Source of the DNA: Perkinsus chesapeaki ATCC PRA-425
Taxonomy: Eukaryota; Protista; Perkinsozoa
Direction of reading: 5' to 3'
NCBI GenBank assembly: GCA_013115145.1
Contig: JAAPAO010000123.1
Coordinates: forward strand, 5,135-69,134
DNA: 64,000 nt
Shown: positions 41,870 to 53,791 of the stretch, in pieces
How positions within the stretch are numbered: the first letter of the stretch is position 1
Layout of the letters: each line of letters opens with the position of its first letter
The notes under the pieces: generated by a model
What the model was told of the DNA's origin: nothing
Database searches by the model: none
Seen by the model: the letters and a program-made list of their open reading frames with translations, nothing else
Position numbers and translations under genes: made by a program

Positions 41870-43100
41870 ACTTCGGTTGGTTCCCCTCAGTATTGCGAGA
41901 AACTGCCCTCGAGCACTCGAGGATGCAAGGATAGGGACATTCTCGGCAGAAATGCCACCGTCACAGATGAGCAAGTGATGAGCTTGATCTTCCTCATGTA
42001 GTCCTGTAAAAGGCCCCGTGTGAGTGCCCATTTAATCGAAAACTATTGTAAGTACCGGATTGCAGCCATATAGTTCGAAACTATGAGTTTCTTAGCCTGT
42101 GGGTTTTCGGCAATGTTGCCGATTTCAGACAACCGTCACGCCCCTATTACATCCCAGTGCCAGATGCTTAACCTCTGGTATTGGTGGCTGAGCCCTAGGA
42201 AACGAGTATCCAAACGCTGCCCATGCTGCACCGAAGGGGGTGAAGGCTGATGTTGATGATGATGCTATTGAAAACCAACCGGATCCTTGCATAGGTCTCG
42301 AGGATTTAAAAAATCTGCCTACCAAAGCATCGCCTCGGGCTGCTGTGTGACGGTAGAACTGAACTCGAGAGTGGTGGCATTGAAACCTTGTGTGTCATGT
42401 TACATGCATGGGAGATTGTCATGATTCTCCTTCGAGCCTCGGTAGGTAGTTAATGCTGAGAACCTGAGGGGTAGTGGCCCAATGACGAGTTAAGAGAGAG
42501 TGGTACAATGCATCCACCAGCAATAAGGAAGCTGCAGCTCACCCACTGATTGCTGCCAGTGGCCGCTACGAACCTGATAATGGGTTTTCTGGTTTTTCTA
42601 TCAGAATGCTTCATAGCACCTTTCCCAGCCGGGCGGCGCTGCTGCTGCCTCTCTCGAGTCGAATGTTGCTATCATAACTATGAGCCCTATTGCCAGCAAT
42701 GACACACCGCAGAGGAAAATATAGATGGAGCGACCCGCCTAAAAGATACCGCGGAGGTCGAATATCTGCTAGGATGCTTCCCAGGCCTGAAGTTTCCTCA
42801 GTGAGCTTTGGAAGAGACCACAGAACGAGACCAAAAATTTTGCAACGGTTGCCAGCGGAATTGATTTCTGTGAAGTACTGAAGTGAAAGAGGTGTTCGTT
42901 GATGCTGAGAGGGATTATTTTGCATTAAGCCACCCTGTCAGATATCTCTTAGGGATTCATTCACAGTCTCACCTGGAAGAACTGGAATACATTAGTAACG
43001 ACAGCCTCTTTTAGATCGGAGATGAGTTGGCCGACTTTCATTGACAATTCAACATACTAGAGGGGTTCTTGGGGTCGCGATGGTTATATCGTGAACAGTG
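41870..43100 (-). CDS. Probable multi-exon hypothetical gene (structure unresolved)
   Basis: Protein-like segments bounded by splice signals (YVELSMKVGQLISDLKEAVVTNVFQFFQ|gt; ORF 42611-42925). No start or domain identified. Confidence 0.35.
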
Positions 43101-43446
43101 AAGGTTAGAACGGATCATGCAAGGTCGAACCTAGCGTATCTTAGGCTACAGAGTCATTGCTGAGGAAGTGAATAAGACACTTCTAGTATAGGAAGCGACA
43201 GCACAGATGGTGGGGGTTGAAAGTTATATTGTGATAGATCTATGCACCGCATATCAGGGCCTAAATAAAACAGCCCACCGAAAAGACTCAATGATCAATG
43301 TGTTGAGGAGATGAGTTCCCCGAGCGTTACGGAATTATAAGGACGCGCAAGATTGCAAGAGATGAGACCCGAGAGGGAATGCTGAGGAGGGGTGTGTGGT
43401 TCTGACTAGTATTACTGAAGTAGTTGTTGTTCGTTCCCCTGCTACA

Positions 43447-45929
43447 ATGACGAACCCTAAGCAGGCTAATAGGAAGAAGGCGTTCAAAAAGGTAAGGAAC
43501 ATCATAGGGGAAATTCAATCCTTGCTGCAGAAGGCGGATCCTAGTGAAGCCAAGGAGCGTCGGGAGGAAGAGATCAAGCAGCAACGGAAAGAGGAAAAGG
43601 AGGAGAAAATAGCTGCTGCACGCCAGGCTGCCGGTAAGGGTCTTCCACAGTGGAGTGCGGGGTTGCTAGGGTGTGGTGATCAGATGAGGAGCCAGAAGCC
43701 TCAAATGCAGCTGAAGTCGAGGAGGTAGTGCGGGAGGGTCGAAATGGTAATAATTGTGGCGCGGTGAACAGGTGGCACCTGCTGGCAAGAAGGGATTCTT
43801 CTCCGATAAGAAGTTCACTGATCTCCAAATCTGTGATCCCCTCAAGGAAGCTCTCACTGCGTGCAATTTCACCACTATGACGGATATCCAAGCCAAAGCC
43901 ATACCGCTCATGCTGAAGGGAAAGGATGTACAGCGATTGCCTACTTTACAAGTTAATATTATCGATGACAGGTTTTGGGGGCTGCTAAGACAGGTTCAGG
44001 AAAGACCCTTGCCTTCCTTGTCCCTGCTTTGGAGCTTCTGGTAGCAACTCGGTTCCAGCCTAAAAACGGTAGGCATTCAAGAAAGAGGGAGTTTGTTATT
44101 AAATATAGGTACGGGTGTGATGGTTATCTCTCCTACTCGTGAGCTCGCTATGCAGATCTTCGACGTTTGCAAAAGGGTAGTGTCTCCGTATGGGGCTCGG
44201 GACGCATCATCGTTTCTGTTGTAGTTGGTGGATGCCACGAAGCTTTCTCAAACCTATGGGATAGTGATGGGAGGCGTCAATAGGGAAAACGAAGCTGACA
44301 AGCTGTCGAGGGGAATCAATATTCTCAGTAATAGTAAAGGAGCGGAGGAAGCGAGTGGCAGTCTGTGTGGTGTGTTGTAGTTGCCACCCCGGGAAGGTTG
44401 CTGGACCATCTCCAGAACACTAGAGGATTTGTTTATGCCAACCTTATGAGCTTGGTGATAGATGAGGCTGATAGGATACTTCAGATTGGTAGTGGACAGG
44501 AGGGAGGGGGATTTTGAGGCGCGCTGGAATTAGGTTTCGAGGAGGACATGAACCAGATATTGAAGATACTGCCTAAGAAGAGACAGACCTCGCTGTTCTC
44601 AGCCACTCAGACTCAGAAGGTAAGAAGAGGATGATTTGGCGAAAAGTTGGTATGACTGGGATATTCAGGTTAATGATCTCGCGAGGCTCTCCCTTAAGAA
44701 GCCGATCTTCGTACAAAGCAAGGGAGCTGACGATGTACTATAGGGAGGTGTTTTGGATGATCGCAGCAAAGCAGATTCTATTGTCTTGTAGGACGCCGCA
44801 ACTTCGACGGCATCGGGCCTAGTCCAGGGTTATGTTGTAGTGAGCGGAGATGATCGCCTTAGACTGCTATTCACGTTCCTTAAGAAGAATCAGAAGAAGA
44901 AGGTAATTGAAGCGGCTGACTGTAGGGATGATGGTTCCTGTGTGGTCAGGTTATGGTATTCTTTTCTTCATGCAACTCGGTGAAGTTCCACGATGAGCTC
45001 CTCAACTACATTGACATTCCAGGTGAGAGAGATGAAGGATTAAGAGGATGTTGAGGTGTGTTGATCAGTTATATCCATCCATGGCCAAAAGAAGCAGTCA
45101 GCTCGTATGACCAACTTCTATAGGTTTTGTCAGATGGAATCTGGCATACTGCTATGTAGGGGAAGAGGAGGCCTTGTCTGGTCGTGATTTGTGGAAAAAT
45201 CGGTATGAGCTAGGTACGGATGTAGCTGCTAGAGGCTTGGATATTCCCAAGGTTGACTGGATTGTCCAGTACGATCCCCCGGATGATCCGAAGGTAAGCT
45301 GATTCCCACCTACAAGGTGTAGCTGAGACGGTTTAGGAATACATCCATCGTGTGGGACGTACCGCTCGTGGCGCTGAGGGTACCGGAAAGGCCCTCCTGT
45401 TCCTGATGCCTGAGGAGCTAGGCTTCCTACGGTAGTAGTAGCTTCGGGGTACTAGTGGGAAGCGGCGAGAGATGAGTGGGTTAGATACTTGCGAAAGTCT
45501 GGTGTTACCACTCTTAACGAGTACGTCTTTCCTCCGGCGAAGATCGCCAATATCCAGCATCAACTGGAGAAGCTGGTGGAGACCAACTATCATTTACATC
45601 GGGCCAGCAGGGATGCGTATCGGTCCTATCTACACGCCTATTCGGCACACGCTTCTAAGGACTGCTTCGACGTCCACTCGCTGGACCTTCAAAAACTGGC
45701 CAAGTGCTTCGGATTCGCGGTGCCGCCGAAGGTTGATTTGAATCTTAAGGATACGAAGAAGAGCGATAGGTGAGTGGACGGCGGAAAGGGAAGTGTTTTG
45801 CAACGATTGTGTTTTAGAGGGAGGAAGATGGTGAAGGCCGGCAGGTTCAATAAGGGAGTGGGCAGCTTTAGTGCAAGCAATCCTTATGGGAAGAAGTCTA
45901 ATGGGGACAAGAGACAATTTACCATGTGA
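43447..45929 (+). CDS. HAS1: DEAD-box RNA helicase HAS1/DDX18
   Basis: Q motif ([10 protein letters not shown]), [52 protein letters not shown] and the HAS1 C-terminal [26 protein letters not shown]. Stop at 45927-45929. Confidence 0.96.
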
Positions 45930-46234
45930 TGGAGAAGCACTACATAATGTTACCGTTGTTCCTCGAACTCCTCTTCCTCTTCACGTACTTAATATCTGTA
46001 TCTAGTATAGCTAGGCCTTCCGAACTACACTGTTTCCACTACCACGTCATCCTTCCTATTTCGGACAGTTGTGTTGAGAGGGTGATGAGATGGTGATGAA
46101 TCGGGAACCTTACGGCAATGGTCATCATTGATGGCGATGCATGTGTGCTGACCTACTAACACTACACTTGATCTGAATCTCAATAGTGGATATTTCGTGG
46201 TGGTCATTTTGTTTTTTTCTTAGTTTATAATAAA

Positions 46235-46443
46235 ATGTTGAGCTCGTCGTGGAACGCTCAGACGTGGGCCGGTGCAATATTATTCTTGGTGCTCATTGTA
46301 GGGCTGCTGGCAGTAGGTCGAGGGTTGGTTAAGGAAGCGGTAGTAAGGGACTTGGGAAGCTTTCTGGCTCCCTCTAGTGGGGCTCGTTTGCTATTGCACT
46401 GCTTGCCGGTTTGGAAGTAGGGTTGTTATTTAGGGTGCTCTGA
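46235..46443 (+). CDS. Possible ~56-aa two-TM microprotein
   Basis: ATG after a strong T-tract-AG acceptor. MLSSSWNAQTWAGAILFLVLIVGLLAVGRGLVKEA plus a 38-nt GT-AG intron gives WGSFAIALLAGLEVGLLFRVL*. Splicing is inferred. Confidence 0.35.
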
Positions 46444-46857
46444 AGGAGGCACGGAAGCGTTTTCTGAATGCTCCGCTGATCAAAGGAGCTATTTGCAAAA
46501 ATGTCTGAATAAGGCGGCCGCGGCGGTGGCGGCAGCATGGAGATACTCATCCAGCGGAAAGCCGTGCACGGTGATGATGTTGCTGATGCAGTTGAGGAGT
46601 ATAATCTTAATGTGCACTGTGGACCGATACCAAAGAAGATTTTGTAACACAACCTACTATTAGAATATCAAACTTGTTTTGGTGGATTGCGTTGGTATAG
46701 CTTAGACGGCCATCGGCTGGGCTCGAAATTGAGCTATTAAACTACAGCCGGTACAGGCTGTAGAGCTGAATGGGGGGCGGGAATCTTGCAAGGTTCATTG
46801 GTTATTCTATTTAAGGGTATTGTGGTTGTTTTATTAACCAAACCATCAGCCTTATCA

Positions 46858-48639
46858 ATGCCTGGAAAAGCCATAGATGATGCCACTCAACTCGCTGAAC
46901 TAGTAGAGGGACATTCGGACTTGGAGTTCAATGAGGAGAAAACGAAGATCAAGTGCATCTCGACAGGTGGGGAATCTTTATAGTGCGAAATGGTAAGCGT
47001 TGTGACAGGTCATGAGATGCCAATAACGTACCAAATTGTCCACGAATACGTGAATAGGCCCAAATACTTGAAAGCGAGGAAGCTAGCTGAGGAAGGTGTG
47101 AGTGTGGATGAGGAGGTAAGTGGAGATGGATTGGTGTAGGGATGCAGAGGAGGAGGATGTTGCAGGTTGAAGAGTATAAGGACTATCTAATACAGCATCA
47201 AAGATACCGCCATTGCTACTTCTGTGTTGTCACACATAAGAGAGTCAATAAAGATCCGGATTCAGTTCACAAGTAGGTGGCAGGTGGTGTGGATTCCATC
47301 CGTCTGTCAACACTTTTTTCAATGTTGTTTTTGCATCATTTGAGCCGGAGATATTTTAGTGGCAAGTGGGCAGTTGCTGTCTCAGGCATTTAACCGGGAA
47401 GAAGTTCCAATATAAGCTGAAGGCATATAAAGAGAAACAGCAAGCGAAGAATGGAGCGGGCAAGTCTAAGGGCACCGCTGGCCAGGAGGAGGAAGATGAG
47501 GAGGAGGAGGAGGAGGATCTCAGTATAGAAGAAATGGATGCGATGTTCGGTGGCGACAGTGAAGATGAAGGTGATGTGGCTGAGGGTAAGAGCGGGGATA
47601 TCTCAGATGGGGCCTAGGTTTGCTCGATGTCGGTTATTATTATCTATTAAGATGTTTTCATGAATCTAAATAGTACTGATATTAACAATTATGATGTGTA
47701 AATGCATGTGATAGAATGATATATAATATTTATGGAAGGTGAATACATAGCGATATTAGAAAGCTTGTTAAATTGTTAGGTGATGTTGAGATGGAAGAAG
47801 AGGGTGAGGAGCCTGATGATGGGGGTGAAATAAATGACGGAGAGGAAGCTGCTGTGGAGGAAGAGGAAGCTGGTGATGAAGATGAGGAGGGAGAGAGAGC
47901 TGGTGATGAAGATGAGGAGGGAGAGGAATCTGGTGATGAAGATGAGGAGGGAGAGGAAGCTGGTGATGAAGATGAAGAGGAGGAAGAAGAAGATGATGAA
48001 GAGGAAGGAATTGTAGACATAGAGGGCGATGAAGATAACGACAGCGATACTGGATTCCGTCCTACGGGAAAGGGAAAAGGAAAGGGGAAAGGTGGCAAAG
48101 GCAAAGGAAAAGGAAAGGGAAAAGGGAAGGGTAAAGGGAAGGGTAAAGGAAAGGGATTTGGCCGTGGCGAAGACAGCGATGAGAGTGGGAAAGGAGGGAA
48201 GGGAAAAGGGAAAGGGAAGGGAGGAAAAGGAAAGGGAAAGGGAAAGGGAAAAGGGAAGGGCTTCGGTGACAGTGATGGTGGAAAAGGAGGAAAAGGAAAA
48301 GGATATGCCCACCGCGATGACGATGACGCTTTCGAGAGTGGACAAGGAGGAAAAGGAAAGGGCAAGGGAAAGGGAGGAAAAGGCGGCAAAGCCAAAGGGA
48401 AGGGTAAAGGAAAGGGCTTTGGTCACAGTGAAGGTGGAAAAGGAAAGGGCTTTGGTCACAGTGAAGGTGGAAAAGGAAAGGGCTTCGGTCACAATGAAGG
48501 TGGAAAAGGAAAGGGTAAGGGTAAAGGAAAAGGAGTATTCGGTAAAGGAAAAGGAAGTCACGGTAAAGGAAAGGGTTTCAAGCGCGGCGCTGAGAGCCAA
48601 GAAATGGGTAATCCCTCTAAGAAATGGAGAACAGAGTAG
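46858..48639 (+). CDS. SURF2: Surfeit locus protein 2 (SURF2)-like, with acidic tract and GK-rich tail
   Basis: LVEGHSDLEFNEEKTKIKCISTG HEMP, EYVNRPKY, CYFCVVTHKRVNKDPDSVHK HLTGKKFQYKL follow the SURF2 C-x2-TGHE...FC-x2-T...IN...HV...G-x-KY pattern. The final exon is E/D-rich, then GK-rich. Confidence 0.82.
48065..48580 (+). repeat. Coding low-complexity GKGKG array, including three 30-bp GFGHSEGGKGK units
   Basis: Directly visible GGAAAA/GGGAAG purine-rich repeats in ORF 47773-48639. Confidence 0.95.
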
Positions 48640-48669
48640 TCCTTGTTGCTTCTAGTCGCCCAGCGGGTC

Positions 48670-49200
48670 TTAACGTCCATTACTGTTTCTATTATATCCC
48701 TGTAGTGTTGCCGTTGAGTATCGGTTAATATCACGACACTTGGTAGTTAATGAACATTTTGAGCCATGGAACCTACTAGTCCAAATTGCTATGTATTCAT
48801 ATGCCGAGAACGCGATGGTGCTGTAGTGCCGTTGGAGGGGGAGGAACCTGCCAGTGAGTTCGGCAATGATATTGGTGTGAGAGTTAAGGAAAGTGAGAGA
48901 AGTAGTACTCGGCTGGTGGCTTGTAGTAGGCTCAGTCTGTGGTAGGGCATACGTATCATCGAACTGAGTATGCATCTGGACTCTGATGGCTGAGTGGTCC
49001 AAATGGATACTTCCATATATGACAATTTTCTACCTGTTTTGAGATGTGCCTTGACATGGTCAGGCGTATATAGTACCAACTGGCCGACCAAGGGAGGCAG
49101 TAGTGTAAATGTGTATTTCGTCCACGCTCGGTATATAAAGGGGGATACTTTTCCATCCTCGTGACTCCACAGCGCATGTGAGACCTGACAGGGTTACGGT
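48670..49200 (-). CDS. Possible small hypothetical gene
   Basis: One ag/gt-bounded open segment VSHALWSHEDGKVSPFIYRAWTKYTFTLLPPLVGQLVLYTPDHVKAHLKT plus ORF 48670-49002. No start or domain identified. Confidence 0.25.
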
Positions 49201-49719
49201 TAAATGCGATCATTTGGTTTAGTAGTGCATCTGTGGAATTACTCGTTTATCGGTAACTAGTGGTATTGTCTATAACAGGTTCATATTATGATGCTACGAG
49301 GTTAACTATAACAACGCATCGTATATGGTGGCGGCATGCTGGACAATGGAAATGTGAGGACGGTTTATGTGTGGGGGATGTCGAAAGCATCAGGCAGCGT
49401 TGGCAATTTCTGCTGCATATTCCCCTATTAGGCTTCGGCGCCAAGGCCCGAACTTAATCCATTGATAGCTTACTTGGTTACCAGTTTGTAGCCCTGTTCT
49501 GCCTAATTGAGGAGCTCGTTTGAAACTTTTTTTACTAAGACCTTGTACTTTTAGTATTTATTGCTATATGTTCAAAGCTTGTCAACCTTCGAATTTCAGA
49601 ACAAAACTCTCAAAATTGGCCGAGAAATAAATTTTTTCGCGATTTGCCTAAGGAAAATGCACGGTCCTTAGAGATAGGCAATAGACATCCTTTTTATATG
49701 ACATACCTTTCAGCAGCAC

Positions 49720-51278
49720 CCTCCATATCAGGTATACGACTGGATCAAGTTGATTCCGTTAGAGTTAAAGGAGGCTATTTTAGAGATGCCAAGCTGTAGG
49801 CGGATTTCTCATGGCTGTATATATAGCGTCTCTGCAGCTTCATGACATTTTGGGGTCATCCAGGAGATGGTTTGAGTATCAGAGGCACGTGTTCGGCCGA
49901 TGCTGAGCGGCTGAATGCTATAGTGAGCGAGCTAGTAAGCATCGAAAGGAAGGTACATCGCAGGAAAATGCGTCTCAGTTACGAAGGCAGAGTTGGAGTG
50001 CTTCCCCATCCTACGAGCCCCGTGGTGGTCAAATCGGCGGTATTGGACGGCTGCTGCAGCGTAGAGAGAAACAAATGCAAGAGGATAAGAGGAATGTAAA
50101 TGAAGGTATGAGAGTCTCAGAGTTGTGTTGTGAGTTAGGGGTGTATTTATTTAGGGCTGTCTGATCTTCGATCGCTCCAGGCAAGCGCATCGGATCTTGT
50201 ACAACTAGCCAGGAGGCTTCAGCGCGATGAAAAGGATGATCCAACCCAGGTGAGATCTAGGGAGAGTATCTCCACTGGCTGTTGCCTTTACTATTGTCGG
50301 GAAAGCCTTAGGGGCAAATCGATAATACAAGCCTCAATTGTTTGGAATAGGCAAGTTGTCGTGGCTCTCCGTAATGACAAAAATCTTCCTATTGTGCAGT
50401 TTTTGAGCATTTTACGCAGTCCCTTGTAGGTTGGATCCCTTCTAAAGGAGTACGGTTTAGCCAGCGATGAGGATGGTGCAGCGGCGCCCACTGCAACATA
50501 CCAGCATGTCATCCAGCTCTGCTGCACAGCCCTCACTAAGGGCAACAAATCCTGTGGGATTATGTTACTGCAAGATGCGTGAGACGATCATGATGATGAT
50601 GATGGGAAGTGTTGCTGCCTTAGATACTGTTTGGTGAACCGAGCGTTAGGTTTTGATCTCATCTCACCGCGGACACTTCTACAGTGCCTCAAAGTTGAGG
50701 CATCCCGACCCGATCGCAAGGTCACCATACGGCCCTTTCGAGATGGAACATTCCTTGCAGTAAGAGGAAGCTCCAAGCATTTAGTTTCCGACTTTACCGT
50801 TATTGAGGGTCCCACGTACAAGCTGGTGCTCTGAGACTTATCGACTCGGGCGATCAATCGCTTTATCCGTATGCGAGGCCTCGGCGTTGCAACCTTTGCA
50901 ATAGCAAGCTATAAACTTTGGTCAGAAGTTCAATACTCACGAGGAGGCTTTTGTGAGACGACACCTCCGCGGTCCCTCGAGATATGATGAATAAATTATT
51001 CTATTGAAACTCAGACTTTACCGTGGGGCTCGCTTGACAAGCTGGACTAGTGGCTTTGGGTGACGAAAGGTTTCTTGCTCTGTCAGGTAGCGTTGCCGAA
51101 CTTTTCGACCGGCGAGACCTGCAAACGCTTGAGAGATGAAGTATTACCTACATGGAAGGACAGCGTCGGACCGTTGGAACTTGCTGGTATATGGAAAAGT
51201 GAGCAACTCATTATTTTGGGGACTTCGCTTTTTTATTCACCATTTCAGTTTCTCCATCTCTCGCGACGATCCTTCTAA
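49720..51278 (+). CDS. Probable multi-exon hypothetical gene
   Basis: Protein-like splice-bounded segments (VYDWIKLIPLELKEAILEMPS; ORFs 49842-50099, 50631-50834, 51060-51278). No domain recognised. Confidence 0.4.
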
Positions 51279-51609
51279 CTGAAGCCACTAATCTCGGCGT
51301 CCTAGTGGCTGATGTGTCAATTGAAGGCGATCGTTGGCAGCGGAACATGTTTGTTGAGGGCGGCGTTAGCGCTCGTTGACTGACAGTGTTATTTTTCTAA
51401 CTCGTGTTACTGTATCTTTGCGTTGCAATGACTCACAGCCGTTTCATCCCTCTGGTCTTGTGTAGTCAATCAATCTGTCATACAACGAAAGTAGTTCTAG
51501 GTCTACTGATTATTATCATATCTTCGAACCGCTTGGGGAGGCGGAGCGGCGCTCCGGCGAAGGCTAGGTCAAACTTCAACATAGTTATTTCTGAGTCTCG
51601 TAACTCTGA

Positions 51610-53387
51610 ATGCCGCCGCGCAAGCGCATGCGAGCTGAATCGAGAGTTCCCATGGCGAAGGCCGCTGCAAAGTCCTCGAGAGTTCCCATGGCGAAGGCCG
51701 CTGCAAAGTCCACGAGAGATCCTGGGACGAGCAGCTCATCGTCTGTACCACCTGTTCTGCTGTCAAGCGTAACGCACGCACCGACACCGCAACAACTTCG
51801 AGCTGTTAACGAGTTTCAAGAGGAACTGTCCAAAACACAGAGAGCGTTCAATGGCGGGTAGCTTAAAGAAACTACCAGTAGCCAGAGGTATGTGAATCTT
51901 CAGTCCGACTCAGCATTCTCCAACAACCAACAGTAGTCTCGACGAAGTTATCGACCTTCAACTGAAGGCTGTGCCCTCTAGTAGCTCCCTGGTCACCGTC
52001 GGTCTCGATACCAGGTGAGCACTTTTTGATCACGTCCGGAACGGACGCCGCCTCAGGACACCGCCAGTAAAGAGTAACAAATCCAAATCACCATACGTAT
52101 TCCGCTCGTCAGAACAAGTGGCGAGGCTGCTCAATCTCCAGTGTGAGGTGGAAAAGGGCATCTTTCCTCAGCGAAAGAGGAGCTTGATTTAGATGAGAGA
52201 ATGGCTTGCCTGCCCGCATCCTGATGTGCCCGCAGCCACACTGGTTGTCGTTTTCGGCCCCTCGCAGCTTGAAAAGTTACAGAAGCTCTTGGAGTCCGAA
52301 ACCATGAGAGTTGGGTTCGGTCTGAGGCTTGCTGTCACTCACAGGCATGACATTGGGGCACTAAGGCAGGTGAGAGCTTCTCGTGCTTCAGCCGTAGTTC
52401 CCACTTGATTGTCACAGCGAATTGCTAATAGCGATTTATAACAGATTTACGCCACACTCATACATTTCGGTATCTGCTGTGCAATGCTATCTAGTGGGAA
52501 CTGGATTCATGTAGGAGGCCGGTCGAATCGATTGGCAATGGCCGAGGTGCTGATCCGGCTTGCTAGTTTTGTGTAACAGTGTTGCTAGGTCTTATCACCT
52601 AACAAATCCAAGTCAACGGTGTGTACAGTCGGGGCGTCGATGCTGACTACTCTGCAGTGCGTTTCAGCGCAAGGTGAGAGCGATCCGCAAGCTCTTTCCA
52701 AAAAGCGGACGGCTCCCTGCGGCCGTGTATCTTTTCACTGATAAGTTCTCAGGGCTCTTCCACCTACAAATATCTCCTGCAACATTCCGAGTAGTCAAGC
52801 CAGACTTCTCATCGAGGAATCCTGTAGATTTGCAGCACTCCCGTTGTGTCTTGTTACCGCATTTAAGCGAGGCTGCAATTGTTGGCTATGGAGCAGCACC
52901 AAACCCTCACCCCGGGCTCCAGTCCAAAGAAGACCTTATACGTTACTGGAGATACCTCCACGGTTACGAGCTGCCTGACGATGCTGCCGAGAGGAGCGTT
53001 CAAGTTCAATTCCCCCGAGGCTCGCTAGTTCTCACGTACCCTCTGGGCTGCGTCTGGGCAAACAACTGGACCTATCTCCCGGCTAAGACGGCCCAGTTCG
53101 GTCAGCGGCTCAATCAAGAAGTCAAAGACACAATCCAGGAAATTCTGGAGGAATGGTCTCATCATTCTGGTCTTGTGGTGGAGCTTCGCAATCATGGTGT
53201 TAACTTGGCGGCTCCGAGCACTTCAAGTACGCCACATAAGGCTTCTGATATAGCCCCCGAGCATGCGTCTGGTGTCAACGATGACGATATCTGGAACGGT
53301 TTGCTCCCCGATGTAGAGCAGAACCTTGAAGAGCCTGCTGTCGGAGGGCAGCGGAAACGTGGTCGCCCTCAGAAGAGACGGCCGTAG
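51610..53387 (+). CDS. DUF4708/C18orf63-like protein with a repeated basic N-terminal tail
   Basis: Last exon CVLLPHL...DLIRYWRYLHGYELP...VQFPRGSLVLTYPLGCV resembles my recollection of the C18orf63 core (CYVLP...DFQRHWDALYGYKLP...FTYPLSCI). The N-terminus is MPPRKRMR plus 2x RVPMAKAAAKS; the C-terminus is a basic RKRGRPQKRRP. Confidence 0.65.
51641..51712 (+). repeat. Two tandem 36-bp coding repeats (RVPMAKAAAKSS)
   Basis: CGAGAGTTCCCATGGCGAAGGCCGCTGCAAAGTCC[T/A] x2. Confidence 0.95.
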
Positions 53388-53791
53388 CTTTAGCTTCAAG
53401 CTAATAGCTTTGACATTTTAGGCATATACTTTCCCCTATGTCCTTGGTGGTTGCCTACTCACTGTTGCCGGCTTTTGATCGGTATTTGGCAGACCAATGC
53501 TTCTCACTTCAATGTGGGACTTCGCATGTTCATCCTAATATCTGCAAAGCTGTTGTTTGCGTTACAAAAAATATTACAGTAGTTTGAGCTGAGGTAAAGT
53601 ATCGCATCCAGTGGTATTGGAATAGTAGCTTAGGGAATCACAACGATGCTCTGGTGTGAGCAGGCGCCCTACTTCGGGTGCTCGTGGGGCGCTTGTCAAA
53701 TGACCCAGGGCTTGGATCTCATTCGAACTTTGAAGATAGCGGAACAGTCCGGTTCCAGCTCGCCTAAAAAGATGCAGGTGCTCTATAAGTT

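Noticed and set aside
47730-48600. Minus-strand Pro/Phe- and Ser/Phe-rich ORFs (221 and 274 aa) and the + frame-shifted ORF 48029-48655
   Set aside because: These are stop-free shadows of the purine-rich GK/E-D repeat exon.
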